Part shown: positions 19,934-31,394 of the stretch, piece by piece
How positions within the stretch are numbered: the first letter of the stretch is position 1
Layout: each line of letters begins with the position of its first letter
From: an uncultured Clostridium sp.
GTDB taxonomy: Bacteria; Bacillota; Clostridia; TANB77; CAG-508
Length of the DNA stretch: 64,000 nt
Reading direction: 5' to 3'
Assembly (NCBI GenBank): GCA_948471055.1
Contig: CAOKQZ010000008.1
Span: 379-64,378 of the forward strand
Translations under genes and position numbers: made by a program
The notes under the pieces: generated by a model
The model's database searches: none
Seen by the model: only the letters and a program-made list of their open reading frames with translations
What the model was told of the DNA's origin: nothing

Positions 19934-21040
19934 TTACATTTTTTCGTTTACCATATCATTAGATAAACCAAATAATTTCTTTAATTTGCTAAATAATCTT
20001 GCAAGAAATCCCTGTTTTTTTGGTACTAAGGAGCGTGAGACAGGAATACTAGAATTTTGATTTTGAATTTCTACTCGTTTCCAATCTAAGTCTGCCATTT
20101 TCTTTACATAGTAATCATTATAAAAAGAATATGTATCTGTATAGCCAATAAAATCCTTAAAATTATATAGTTTTTTTCGGTAATCTTCCATTTGTACCAA
20201 AGTAGAAATCGCATTAAATTTTTGGTCAAAGTAATTGGTTAATATCAAATTTTGTGTATTTAAAAACAAAGTTTGAATTTGTATACGAAGCTTTGCAATC
20301 TTATTGGTAATTTTCTCAATATTTTTTGAAGTTTCATCCATATCTGCAAGTAGTGAAGTTTGGAAACTTAAATTATCTTCTAAATCCATTAATTTATCGA
20401 GATTGGTTTGAATACTATAAAAGGTACTTTTATTGGTTAATAAAATAAATTTATCCATAAATAAATCATTACTATACAAAGTACTGTTAAATAAGTCATA
20501 ATTACCAGTTACATATGCCATTTGTGTAAGTAGTGTACATTCCAAAGCATAATGAGAAGGGCTATAAGTAGGAAGGGTAATATCGAAATATTTTACCGTA
20601 TCTAAATTGGCTTCCATAGCATAAGAACTCATTAATTGAACAGCAGCTTCATTTAGTGCCATACCAGGTAAACTACTACTAGTAAAATTACAAAAACCAA
20701 GACGAAGTAAATTTCCCTTTTCATCACGGTATTCTTGTAAAGCATGAATACACTCATGAATCGCACATACATCAACATGAGTTAAGTCTGTATTTTCATT
20801 AAAATAGATGGAATGATTTTTATAATAGTATTTGGCACTAGATAGTGAATCTGGCATTTTTGCAACATACATATTAATTCGAGATAATTTCATAAATAAA
20901 TCTTTAGCACTTAAATTTTGCTCTGGAAATGCTCTTTCTAATTTATCGGCAACCGATTTTGCAATAGAATTGATGGAAAGTCTGTCTAAAGTACGAATAA
21001 CTTCAATTCCTTCCTTTTTTAGTTCTTGGTCAATGTTCAT
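19934..21040 (-). CDS. hypothetical protein with an HExxH motif
   Basis: 368-aa ORF containing HECIH; no family recognised. Confidence 0.6.
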   Translation of the reverse strand: MNIDQELKKEGIEVIRTLDRLSINSIAKSVADKLERAFPEQNLSAKDLFMKLSRINMYVAKMPDSLSSAKYYYKNHSIYFNENTDLTHVDVCAIHECIHALQEYRDEKGNLLRLGFCNFTSSSLPGMALNEAAVQLMSSYAMEANLDTVKYFDITLPTYSPSHYALECTLLTQMAYVTGNYDLFNSTLYSNDLFMDKFILLTNKSTFYSIQTNLDKLMDLEDNLSFQTSLLADMDETSKNIEKITNKIAKLRIQIQTLFLNTQNLILTNYFDQKFNAISTLVQMEDYRKKLYNFKDFIGYTDTYSFYNDYYVKKMADLDWKRVEIQNQNSSIPVSRSLVPKKQGFLARLFSKLKKLFGLSNDMVNEKM

Positions 21041-21231
21041 TTATTTTCTCCTTTGTAACGAATACTTTTATTATACAACAGTTTATTAAAAAAATGTATT
21101 TCGGAAAGGTTAAGAATATATTACTTTTTTGTGACACAAAGAAATCACCTTGCGTTAAACAAATAAAAACATTGATAAATTTATGTATACATGATATAAT
21201 GATTGCAATCACGAAAAAGGAGGTTTAAATT

Positions 21232-22164
21232 ATGTTTGAAGCAAAGAAATGCTATGACCTATTACACAAAGGAGCACTTTGGTATAATGGGCGGAATTTT
21301 ATTCTAATACTGCATAGAAAGGGGAGAACAAATGAAACCTGTTTAATTATTAACAATGGTTGGTCATTAGCGGACCCGTTTTCAAAAGCAGTAGATGAAG
21401 ATTTTCCAAATGCATGGGTATTTGGCTTGTATTATAAGCTAAGTAATCCCGAAAAATCTGCACCGAAAAGGCATAGAGTAAAAAAATTACTGAAAAAGCA
21501 TCCGGAATTTTTTGGGTGTGAAGGGCTAGAGAAAGCTCAAAAGGAGTTAATGGAGGTACTAGAACAGAGATTAGCTTTACAAAGTGTTATTTTAGTAGGT
21601 TTTACAAAATCGGCTACGATGATGTTAAACCATGCTAAATATGGATCGAATGTACTAGTTGATGCTATCTGTCCTATATTTGAAGGAACCCTCACAACCA
21701 TGCCGTCTGTTATGAGAAGATACTTAAGATGGATATATCCGTTGGTAGGTAAGTTTTTAACAGAACATATTGTAGATGAGGATATTAGTGTGGGTTCATC
21801 ATATTTAGAAAAGGCAGATTATTCAGGCGTGAGACCAGAGCAAGTTAGTGTCGTTATTTCTTCTCTTGACCGAAAAAGAGTAAAACACACAGCCAAAGAA
21901 TTCTGGCACCCAGCGAACTTTTTCTTTTGGCTAGTATGTCCAATTATGGAAAAGGCGATTAGAGAAAACCAACCTGATAATACGGGTTATCGGTCCAATG
22001 CCTTTTTGTCTTACAAGACACAACTTCCGACATTTGCTGTTTCTAAAATAGAAACTGTATATGCAAGTATGCCGATGACACTGAACCATCCCAAAGTAAA
22101 GGAGTTAATTAACAAGCAAATTAAGCTACAGAATGAAAAGTTTCAAACAAAGAAAAACGGTTAG
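21232..22164 (+). CDS. hypothetical protein (GC-richer, uses in-frame CGG as an ordinary codon)
   Basis: 310-aa ORF with AGGAGG RBS; in-frame CGG at 21292 and 21991 without loss of frame. Confidence 0.6.
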   Translation: MFEAKKCYDLLHKGALWYNGRNFILILHRKGRTNETCLIINNGWSLADPFSKAVDEDFPNAWVFGLYYKLSNPEKSAPKRHRVKKLLKKHPEFFGCEGLEKAQKELMEVLEQRLALQSVILVGFTKSATMMLNHAKYGSNVLVDAICPIFEGTLTTMPSVMRRYLRWIYPLVGKFLTEHIVDEDISVGSSYLEKADYSGVRPEQVSVVISSLDRKRVKHTAKEFWHPANFFFWLVCPIMEKAIRENQPDNTGYRSNAFLSYKTQLPTFAVSKIETVYASMPMTLNHPKVKELINKQIKLQNEKFQTKKNG

Positions 22165-22180
22165 TTAGTTTTTCTAAAAA

Positions 22181-22214
22181 ATCCCGAAACCATGTGTGGT
22201 TTCGGGATTTTTTT
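22181..22214. terminator. bidirectional terminator
   Basis: 11-bp stem ATCCCGAAACC/GGTTTCGGGAT flanked by A- and T-runs. Confidence 0.75.
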
Positions 22215-22216
22215 AG

Positions 22217-24603
22217 CTATTTTACAACAATATTATAAATCTTATTGGTTACATAGATTTCTTTTACAATAGTTTTTCCTTCTAAATATGAAGAGACGGT
22301 TTTGTGAGCAATTTCTTTTATTTCTTCTTCAGGTAAATTTATCCTAACATCCACATTTCCACGTAATTTGCCATTTACTTGGATAGGAAGATTGAAGGTA
22401 TCTTCTTTTATTTTGTCTTCCTCATAGGTTGGCCAAGTAGAGTAGGCAATGGAAGTGGTGTTTCCAAGAAGTTCCCATAGTTCTTCGGTAATGTGTGGTG
22501 CTACTGGGTTTAGTAATTGTAAAAAGCCAAGGGCATAGGCTTTTGGAACAACATCTACTTTGTAACAGCTATTGATAAAAATCATCATTTGGCTAATAGC
22601 AGTGTTAAATTCCATGTTTTCATAGTCATGTGTTACTTTTTTTACGGTATAATGATAAACACGGTCTAATTCGGAATTTTCTTTTTCTTGTATTTTATCG
22701 GATTCGGCATATAATCTCCATACACGGTCGATAAATTTTTTCGAACCTTCAATTCCATTTGGATCCCATGGTTTGGCAGCATCAATTGGTCCCATAAACA
22801 TTTCATAAAGACGTAATGCATCAGCACCATAATTTTTCACCATATCGTCTGGGTTTACTACATTTCCTTTGGATTTGCTCATTTTTTCTCCATTGGAGCC
22901 TAAAATCATGCCTTGATGACGTAGTTTATGAAATGGCTCTTTTGTACTAACAATACCTTTGTTATATAAATATTGGTTCCAAAACCTTGAATAAAGTAGG
23001 TGACCTACGGCATGTTCTAGTCCTCCCATATATAAATCGACTGGCATCCAGTGTTTCATTAATTCTGGTGAGGCAATTTCGTTATCATTATGTGGGTCAA
23101 TATAGCGTAAGAAGTACCAACTAGAACCAGCAGAACCTGGCATAGTAGAGGTTTCTCTTTTTCCATTAGGAACCGTTACCCAAGAGGTTGCTTTTTCTAA
23201 TGGAGATGCTCCAGTTTTAGATGGGCTGTAATCTTCAAGTTCTGGTAAAACAAGAGGTAATTCGCTATCTTCTAATACCTTCATGCTATCGCTTAAATGA
23301 ATAATTGGAATTGGTTCTCCCCAATAACGTTGTCTTGCAAAAATCCATTCACGTAATTTATAATTTACTTTTTTAGTACCAACATGATGTTCCTCAAGCC
23401 ATGAAAGCATTTTGGAAATGGCGTCTTCTTTATTTAATCCATTTAAAAAGTCAGAATTAATGTGAAGTCCATCTTCTACAAAAGCTTCTTTGGTAATGTC
23501 ACCACCTTCTAAAACAGGGATAATCTCTAATCCAAATTTAGAAGCGAATTCATAATCTCTTTGGTCATGGGCTGGAACCGACATAATGGCACCTGTACCA
23601 TAGGTTGCTAATACATAATCGGAAATCCAAATTGGAATTTGTTTACCACTAACAGGGTTTATTGCATAACTACCAGTAAATACTCCCGTTTTTTCTTTAC
23701 TTAATTCGGTTCGCTCTAAGTCCGATTTGGAAGAGGCAAGTGTAATATATTCATGAATGGCATTAGATTGCTCTTTTGTCGTAATGGCTTTTACAAGTTC
23801 ATGTTCTGGTGCTAATACACAATAAGTAGCACCAAATAAGGTATCGGGTCTTGTGGTAAATACGGTAAAGTGAAGTCCATTAGTATTTGCTACTTCAAAA
23901 GTAACTTCCGCACCAACCGATTTTCCAATCCAGTTTCGTTGAATTTCTTTGGTAGATTCTGGCCAATCTAAATCATCTAAACCATCTAGCAAACTTTCTG
24001 CGTATTTTGGAATATCCAATACCCATTGTTTCATGTTCTTACGAACCACAGGATAACCACCACGTTCACTTTTACCATTAATTACTTCATCATTGGCAAG
24101 AACGGTACCTAATTCTTCACACCAATTTACAGGCATCTCTACTAATTTTGCTAGCCCATCTTCATATAATTTTTTAAAAATCCACTGTGTCCATTTATAA
24201 TAATTTGGGTCTGCTGTTGAAACTTCTCTATCCCAATCAAACGAAAAACCAAGCATTTTTAGTTGTCTTTTAAAGGTTTCAATATTTGCCAAAGTGAAGC
24301 CGAGAAGGGTGTTTTCCAGTCTTTATTGCATATTGTTCTGCAGGAAGACCAAACGCATCCCAGCCCATTGGGTGAAGCACATTGTAGCCTTGCATTCGTT
24401 TCATTCTAGAAACAATATCGGTTGCTGTATACCCTTCTGGATGCCCAACATGAAGACCTTGTCCGAGAAGGATAAGGGAACATATCTAATGCATAAAATT
24501 TCGGTTTTGAAAAATCCCATACATCAGTTTTAAACGTTTTATGTTCTTCCCAATAATTTTGCCATTTTTGTTCTACATTTTTAAAATTGTATGCCATAAC
24601 CAT
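22217..24603 (-). CDS. leuS: leucyl-tRNA synthetase; needs +1 shifts at CGG (C at 24465 and at 24302)
   Basis: Joins give [22 protein letters not shown] (HIGH region) and ..[18 protein letters not shown]..; KMSKS is present downstream. Confidence 0.95.
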
Positions 24604-24733
24604 CCATCCTTTTTTAAAATTTTACGTTATTATATAACAAAAAGAGCAAAAAAGGAAGAGGAAAATAGATTATTACAAAAATATTACAAAATGGTGACGA
24701 ATATTAAATTATAAAAAAAAAGGAAAACATTTG

Positions 24734-24761
24734 TTGACAAAAGATGTAGGTATGATAAAAT
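24734..24761 (+). promoter_or_regulatory. promoter with an extended -10
   Basis: TTGACA 24734-24739, 16-nt spacer ending in TG, TAAAAT 24756-24761. Confidence 0.5.
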
Positions 24762-24790
24762 AAAGTCGAAAAAAGAAGGGAGAGAATAAA

Positions 24791-25975
24791 ATGACCAAAG
24801 AGAAAATTTTATTATTACTAATTGCAATTAGTATGCTAGTAATTGCAATACTACCAACAACAGTACAAGCAACAGAGGAAGGAAAAGAAAAATGGACAGA
24901 TTTTAGTAATGCAAAAATAGAAATTATAGGGGAGCCAGAAAAAAATGTGAGCATTGAAGAGGCAACGAAAATTAACTATAAAGTTAAAATTTCCAATGCT
25001 ACATTAAATCCGCAAGGAGAGTATTTAGTGTATTTTCATTATAAAGATGAAGAAATTACATCGAATAAAGTATTATATCATTCTCATGCTAATATTAAAA
25101 AAGGGGCTACAGAAGCAACAATTAACCCAGTATGGATAGCCTATTTTTTACAAAGAAATGAGGATATATATGTTAGTGTTTTAGAAAAGAGAGAGGAAAA
25201 AACAAATTTAGTTGTAACAGCCAAAAAGATGCAACGACCAGAGTTATTACCTAAAATTGGAAATCGATTTCAGATATACTTTACTTCTAATTCGACGCAG
25301 ACATTCTTTTGGGCACCAAATGTGAATGAAAAAAATGGTTTTCAGATTGCAAGAAATTTGAAAATTAAAATTGGGCAAGTAACAGATGTAGAAATTTTGA
25401 AAACAATAAAACAAAGTAAGATAAAAGGACTACAAGAATTATTAACCTATGCAAAAAAAGCAAAAGATTACAATTATACAGGAATAATTAAATATGATGG
25501 AAAAGCAGGAATTACAGAAAGTTTAACTGCTAAAATGAATTTAATAGATGGAGCATATTATTTTGCTTATATTGAATTAGATGATGAAAATGGATTATAT
25601 TATCCAGTAGAAGATATTGCATTATATCGTGCCAAAGGAACCAAAGATTTAGTACGTTATTCGGATAAGGAATTTGTATGGGAAATTGCAGAAGAAACAA
25701 AGAAACCAACAGACGAAACATCAAAGCCAGAGGATAATAAAGAAGAACAAAAACCACAACCAGAACAACCAAAGAAAGATGAACCAGAACAAAATCAAAA
25801 AACTCCAGTAGATACCAATAAAGTAGAAAAACAAGAAAAAACAAATGACCCAACAACAGCAAAGGGAAGCTTACCACAAACAGGAGAAACAGCGATTTTA
25901 TTGATTGCTTGTGCAGTAGCCGTATTAGCAGGAATTGGATATGTGAAATATAGGAAATATCAAGATATAAAATAA
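24791..25975 (+). CDS. LPXTG-anchored cell-wall surface protein
   Basis: Signal peptide, Pro/Glu/Lys-rich stalk, LPQTGE sorting motif, hydrophobic stretch and basic tail. Confidence 0.85.
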   Translation: MTKEKILLLLIAISMLVIAILPTTVQATEEGKEKWTDFSNAKIEIIGEPEKNVSIEEATKINYKVKISNATLNPQGEYLVYFHYKDEEITSNKVLYHSHANIKKGATEATINPVWIAYFLQRNEDIYVSVLEKREEKTNLVVTAKKMQRPELLPKIGNRFQIYFTSNSTQTFFWAPNVNEKNGFQIARNLKIKIGQVTDVEILKTIKQSKIKGLQELLTYAKKAKDYNYTGIIKYDGKAGITESLTAKMNLIDGAYYFAYIELDDENGLYYPVEDIALYRAKGTKDLVRYSDKEFVWEIAEETKKPTDETSKPEDNKEEQKPQPEQPKKDEPEQNQKTPVDTNKVEKQEKTNDPTTAKGSLPQTGETAILLIACAVAVLAGIGYVKYRKYQDIK

Positions 25976-25980
25976 ATTTA

Positions 25981-26014
25981 ATTCGTCTCATCAGTTTGAT
26001 GAGACGAATTTTTG
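25981..26014 (+). terminator. rho-independent terminator
   Basis: 13-bp stem ATTCGTCTCATCA/TGATGAGACGAAT followed by a T-run. Confidence 0.8.
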
Positions 26015-26188
26015 ATAAAAGTTCTTGTATTTATAAAGAATATGTGTTTTAATAAAGTAAATTCAAAAGCAACTTTTGATTTCGACATAAGAAAGATTTT
26101 AAATTTGAATCTTATTATTTTTCCAAACAAAACAAGAAAATAGTAAAAAAGGAGGGGTGCTTTTTCCATATATAAAAAATATTTTCAT

Positions 26189-26211
26189 TTGCAACTGATT
26201 TTTAGTTGCAA
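26189..26211. promoter_or_regulatory. inverted repeat, likely HicB operator
   Basis: TTGCAACT-N7-AGTTGCAA immediately upstream of hicA. Confidence 0.45.
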
Positions 26212-26236
26212 AAAAATAAGCAAAGGAGTATAATAT

Positions 26237-26491
26237 ATGAGTAGAAGAGAAAAACCATTAAAAAGACTAATGAAAAGACCAAAAGATTTTACATATGAAG
26301 AGGCAAAGACATTGCTACTGCAGTTAGGATTTGAGGAAAGAAATAAAGGAAAAACATCTGGTTCTAGAGTTGTATTTAAAAAGGATGAAAACACAAAGAT
26401 ACAAATACATAAACCTCATCCAGACAAAATATTAAAAAAATACCAGATAGAAAGTTTGTTAGAAGATTTAAAGAGATATGGAGTGATTTAA
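26237..26491 (+). CDS. hicA: HicA-family mRNA interferase toxin
   Basis: ...GFEERNKGKTSGSRVVFKK...IHKPHP... is the typical HicA/YcfA pattern. Confidence 0.8.
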   Translation: MSRREKPLKRLMKRPKDFTYEEAKTLLLQLGFEERNKGKTSGSRVVFKKDENTKIQIHKPHPDKILKKYQIESLLEDLKRYGVI

Positions 26492-26492
26492 T

Positions 26493-26840
26493 ATGGATAA
26501 TGTTATGAGATATAAAGGGTATTGGGCAAGAGTAAAATATAGTGAAGAGGATAATTGTTTTTGGGGTAAAATAGAAGGAATTCGTGATTCAATTACATTT
26601 GAAGGAACAACTGTAGAGGAATTACGAAAAGATTTTGAGGGTGCCATTGATGATTATATTGAATGGTGTAAAGAGGATGGTGTGGAACCACAAAAGCAAT
26701 ATAGTGGTAGTTTTAATATACGAATTGACCCAGAACTTCATAGGGAAGCAAGTTTGTTATCAAAAATAAAGGATATTTCATTAAATCAATTTGTAGAGCG
26801 AGCCATTGCAAAAGAGGTAAAACTAAGTTTAGACAAATAA
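26493..26840 (+). CDS. hicB: HicB-family antitoxin with a RHH-like C-terminus
   Basis: YKGYWARVKYSEEDNCFWGKIEGIRDSITFEG..., then SGSFNIRIDPELHREA; starts 1 nt after the hicA stop. Confidence 0.8.
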   Translation: MDNVMRYKGYWARVKYSEEDNCFWGKIEGIRDSITFEGTTVEELRKDFEGAIDDYIEWCKEDGVEPQKQYSGSFNIRIDPELHREASLLSKIKDISLNQFVERAIAKEVKLSLDK

Positions 26841-26925
26841 ACAGAAAAAAGGTTTAAAAAATAATTTATAAAATATAATATTTTTAGTGGAAATTTATGA
26901 CGTTAAAGAAAGGAAGATACGAAAC

Positions 26926-27708
26926 ATGATTGATATAAAACACGCCCAAAGGGCATTTCGTGACTATGTAAAACCATATGATATTACCAATGGAAAAATC
27001 GAAATAAAAATAAAGCATACCTATCGAACCGTAGAGGTAGCAAAAAAGATAGCCGAAGATTTACACTTAAACGAAGAGCAAACTTTACTTGCACAGCTAA
27101 TTAGCTTACTTCATGATATTGGAAGATTTGAACAAGTACGAATATATGATACATTTCGTGATATCGATAGTGTTGACCATGCGGATTTAGGAGTAAAAAT
27201 TCTATTTGAAGAAGGAGAAATTCGAAAATTTACTGGGGATACCCAATATGATGACATTATTTATAAAGCAATTAAAAATCATAACAAATTCAAAATAGAA
27301 GAAGGACTAAACAAGGAGGAATTATTGCAAGCCAAAATTGTACGTGATGCGGATAAAACCGATATATTTGCAAGGTTTGCACAAGATATTGAACTATGTA
27401 AAAATGTGTTATATGATTACAAGGAAATGGCAAAACAAACCATTAGCCCTAAAATTATGGAAAAATTTAAAACATATGAGCAAGCAAACAGAGATGAATT
27501 TACCAGTGACATTGATAGTTACATTAATATTATTTCCTTCATTTTTGACTACAATTTTATAACAGGATTAAAAATCATCAAGCAAAATCATTACATAGAA
27601 AGAACCATGGAGCCGATTTGCATTTGTGAAGACACAAAAGAGCAAATGCAAACAATCATAAACATAGCCAATACCTATATTGAAAAACGAATAAAAAAAG
27701 GATGTTAA
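26926..27708 (+). CDS. HD-domain phosphohydrolase
   Basis: H...LLHDIGRFEQ...DADK motifs. Confidence 0.75.
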   Translation: MIDIKHAQRAFRDYVKPYDITNGKIEIKIKHTYRTVEVAKKIAEDLHLNEEQTLLAQLISLLHDIGRFEQVRIYDTFRDIDSVDHADLGVKILFEEGEIRKFTGDTQYDDIIYKAIKNHNKFKIEEGLNKEELLQAKIVRDADKTDIFARFAQDIELCKNVLYDYKEMAKQTISPKIMEKFKTYEQANRDEFTSDIDSYINIISFIFDYNFITGLKIIKQNHYIERTMEPICICEDTKEQMQTIINIANTYIEKRIKKGC

Positions 27709-27711
27709 GAT

Positions 27712-29689
27712 ATGTCAAAAAAATTATTAATAACCGAAAAGCCATCGGTTGCAATGGAATTTGCCAAAGCCCTAAAAACCAATGCAGTTCGAAAAAATGG
27801 GTATTTAGAATCCGAAGAATGGATTATTACTTGGTGTGTAGGTCATTTAGTTACTATGAGCTATCCAGAAAAATACGACGAAAAACTAAAACAGTGGAGA
27901 TTAGATACTTTACCATTTATACCAAACGAATGGAAATACGAAATCATACCAGCCGTGAAGAAACAATTTGATATTGTAGAAAGCTTACTAAAAAGAGAAG
28001 ATGTAGAAGAAATTTATAATGCAGGTGACTCTGGGCGTGAAGGAGAATACATTCAAAGATTGGTATTTATGATGGCAAAACCAAACCCAAAAGCGAAGAT
28101 GAAACGTGTTTGGATTGACTCCCAAACCGAAGAAGAAATTATAAGAGGAATTAAAGAGGCTAAGGATTTATCCGAATACGATAGTCTATCCGATTCGGCC
28201 TATTTACGTGCCAAAGAAGATTATCTAATTGGAATTAATTTTTCAAGACTATTATCCATTACACAAGGAAGAAGAGTGGCAAAAGAGGCAAATTTAGAAA
28301 GAGCTTCTATTTCGGTAGGACGTGTTATGACTTGTGTATTAGGTATGATTGTAGAACGTGAGCGAGAAATCCGAAATTTTGTAAAAACAAAGTATTACAA
28401 AATAGTAGGAGAATTTGGAGAAGAGCAAAATTCTTTTCAGGCGGAATGGAAAGTAACCGAAAATTCGAAACTATATCAATCTCCCAAACTATATAATGAA
28501 ACTGGTTTTAAAAAAGAAGAAACAGCAAAAGAATTTATCTTGTCATTAGCAGGAAAAGAAGCAAAAGTAACCGAAGTGAAGAAATCCAAACAAAAAGAAA
28601 ATGCACCTTTATTATTTAACCTAGCGGAACTGCAAAACGAATGCACCAAACGTTTTAAAATTAAACCAGACGAAACACTAGAAATCATACAAAACTTATA
28701 TGAAAAAAAGCTAGTAACCTACCCAAGAACCGATGCAAGAGTGTTATCCACAGCAGTTGCCAAGGAAATTTCCAAAAACTTAAATGGCATTGCCAAAGGC
28801 TTCCACGACGAAGAAATACAAGGCTATATGAAAAAAATGATTGAAGAAAAATATTCTACCAGTTTAGTAAAAACCAAATATGTGAATGATAGTAAAATTA
28901 CCGACCACTATGCGATTATTCCAACAGGACAAGGATATGAAAATTACGATAAATTACCGGATTTACAAAAACAAATCTATAAAGTGATTGTAAAACGCTT
29001 TTTAAGCATTTTTTATCCACCAGCAGAATTTAACAAAATTTCTGTTACCATTATGATAGAAAATGAAGTTTTTAATACAAGTGGAAAAGTATGTGTAAAA
29101 CAAGGTTATTTAGAAATTTTAAAACCCAAAAATGTGGAAAACCAAAAAGAAGAACAAACGAGTGAAAAACAAGAAGGCCCTGTAAGAGAAGAACTCGCGT
29201 CTACTCAAACCCCAGAAAACAACCTAGACATCCTAAACACCCTAAAAAAAGGACAGACCCTTCCAGTAGTAAATTATCGAACAAAAGATGCCGAAACCTC
29301 GCCACCAACTAGATACAACTCAGGCTCTATCATTCTAGCCATGGAAAATGCCGGCAAACTAATTGAAGACGAAGAACTAAGAGAACAAATAAAAGGAGCC
29401 GGAATTGGCACCAGTGCCACAAGAGCGGAAATTATCAAAAAACTAGAAAAAATCAAATACCTAGAAATTAATACCAAAACACAAATTATTACTCCAACCA
29501 ACTATGGAGAAATTATCTATGACGTCATTGCTACTTCCATGAAAGACCTCCTAAACCCAAAACTAACCGCAAGTTGGGAAAAGGGACTAGACATGGTAGC
29601 CAAAAAAGAAATACCACCAAGCGAATTCATGCGGAAAATTAGAAAATTACATTAAATCCAAATTTCAAAGACTAATTGTGAACATGTAA
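27712..29689 (+). CDS. topB: DNA topoisomerase III; needs a +1 shift at CGG 29632 for the last 19 residues
   Basis: TOPRIM start LLITEKPS, ..WCVGHL.., ..YPRTD..; skipping C29632 gives ..EFM-GKLENYIKSKFQRLIVNM*. Confidence 0.9.
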
Positions 29690-29752
29690 GAAATGGGGAA
29701 GAATAGTGAATAAAAATAAATATTTTTCATACAATATAAACGTGAAAAAATA

Positions 29753-29797
29753 AAAAAAGTCAAGTTTTACGGTTACAACCGCAAAACTTGACTTTTT
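29753..29797. terminator. bidirectional terminator
   Basis: About 19-bp stem AAAAAGTCAAGTTTTACGG/CCGCAAAACTTGACTTTTT with one mismatch. Confidence 0.75.
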
Positions 29798-29835
29798 AAA
29801 AGAGCTACGTTAAAATAATAATAGAGGTGAAATTT

Positions 29836-31033
29836 ATGCTAAAAAGAGAAAAATATTTAAATCAATTGATAGAAAGTAAAGATTTAAACTTAATTAAAGT
29901 GATAACAGGAGTTAGAAGAAGTGGAAAAAGCACATTATTACTTCAGTATAAAGATTATTTAATATCACAAAATGTTCGGAGAAGAAAATATTTTATATAT
30001 GAATTTTGAAAGTGCTAAATGGTATGATATTAAAGACTATAAAGATTTGTATCAATATATTAAAAAGCATATTGGTAAAGGAAGAAATTATATTTTATTA
30101 GACGAAGTACAAAATGTAGGAATGTGGGAAAAGGCAATTAATTCTTTATTAGTTGATATGGATTGTGATATATATATAACAGGTTCAAATGCATATCTTT
30201 TATCAAGTGAGCTTACTACGTTACTTGCAGGAAGAGTATTAACAGTAAAAATGTATCCATTTTCTTTTAAAGAATTTATAGAAGAATATCCTTTTAAAAA
30301 TGAAGAAAATAAATATGAAAAATTTGACAAATACTTAAAATTTGGTGGCATGCCAATGCTAGTAAATATGAATGATAACGAAGAATTAATGATAAATTAT
30401 TTAAATGATATACGAGAAGTTGTTTTAAAAAAAGATGTGATTAATCGAAATCATATTAAAGATGTTGTGTTTTTAGATAATTTAATTAAATATATGTCTA
30501 CATGTATTGGAAACTTGACAAATCCAAATTTAATTGCTGATTTTATGAAAAAGAATGGTAGCAATATTACTAATGAAACAGTAGATGCTTATCTGAAAAT
30601 GCTTGAGAATGCTTATTTTATCTATCGAGTTCCTAGGTATGAACTAAAAGGGAAACAATTATTAAAAACACAAGGCAAATATTATTTTGTAGATAATGGG
30701 TTAAAAAATATGGTAAGTGGATTTTCTTTTTATGACACAGGAAGTAGTTATGAAAATTTAATCTATATTGAGTTATTACGTAAAGGATATGAAGTCTATA
30801 TTGGAAAATATAATGATATAGAAATTGATTTTATAGCTATAAAACCGAATGAAAGAGTTTATTATCAAGTAACACGAAGTATACTCGATGAAAAAGTAGA
30901 ACAAAGAGAAAAAAAGTCATTACTTGCGATAAAAGACAATTATAAAAAGGTGATATTAACAATGGATATGGTAAAAAATAAGGAGATAGAAGGAATTGAA
31001 ATTGTGAATATAATAGACTTTTTAATGAAATAG
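29836..31033 (+). CDS. AAA ATPase with a DUF4143-type C-terminal domain; needs a +1 shift at CGG 29977
   Basis: Walker A GVRRSGKST; join ..ISQNV-GEENILYMNFES.. Confidence 0.75.
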
Positions 31034-31092
31034 AAAAAATAATTTGCATAAAATCAAAAAAAACAGCCACCCTAAAAAAGGGTGGTTGAAAC

Positions 31093-31342
31093 ATGAGTAT
31101 TTCTTGGTTAAAAGCGAAAAACGACCATAAAAGTTTTCGCTTTTTTCAAAATATGGGGTTTGATGTATGGGAATTAGAAGATTTAGAAAAAACCGATGAA
31201 ACCCTTCGTAATCTAGTGCGGTAGGAACCGTGATACTATTGTGATGACAAGTGAAGTAGCAGGTTTTTCAGAGGACATTATTAAAAAGTATCGTAAAAAT
31301 GAAGAGGTTCGAATTATTATTACACCCAATAAAGAGGAATAG
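31093..31342 (+). CDS. hypothetical 82-aa protein, visible only if CGG 31219 shifts +1
   Basis: GGGTGG RBS; the 0-frame reads ...NLV-CGG-TAG; skipping the C fuses it to a second open fragment (GRNRDTIVMTSEVAGFSEDIIKKYRKNEEVRIIITPNKEE*). Confidence 0.4.
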
Positions 31343-31394
31343 GACAAAAGCCTTTTGCATAAAAATAAAGAAAAAACAAAAGGTGGTAAGTTCG

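Noticed and set aside
24604-24790. Expected T-box leader upstream of leuS.
   Set aside because: Only about 190 nt separate leuS from the divergent gene. I see no T-box core (AAUUAGGGUGGUACCGCG-like) or terminator/antiterminator pair on the minus strand.
31113-31147. The hairpin GCGAAAA(A)C / GTTTTCGC plus T6 as the terminator of the ATPase gene, which would make 31093.. non-coding.
   Set aside because: This is not fully rejected. The hairpin lies inside the predicted 82-aa ORF, so the two interpretations compete and the ORF is given low confidence.
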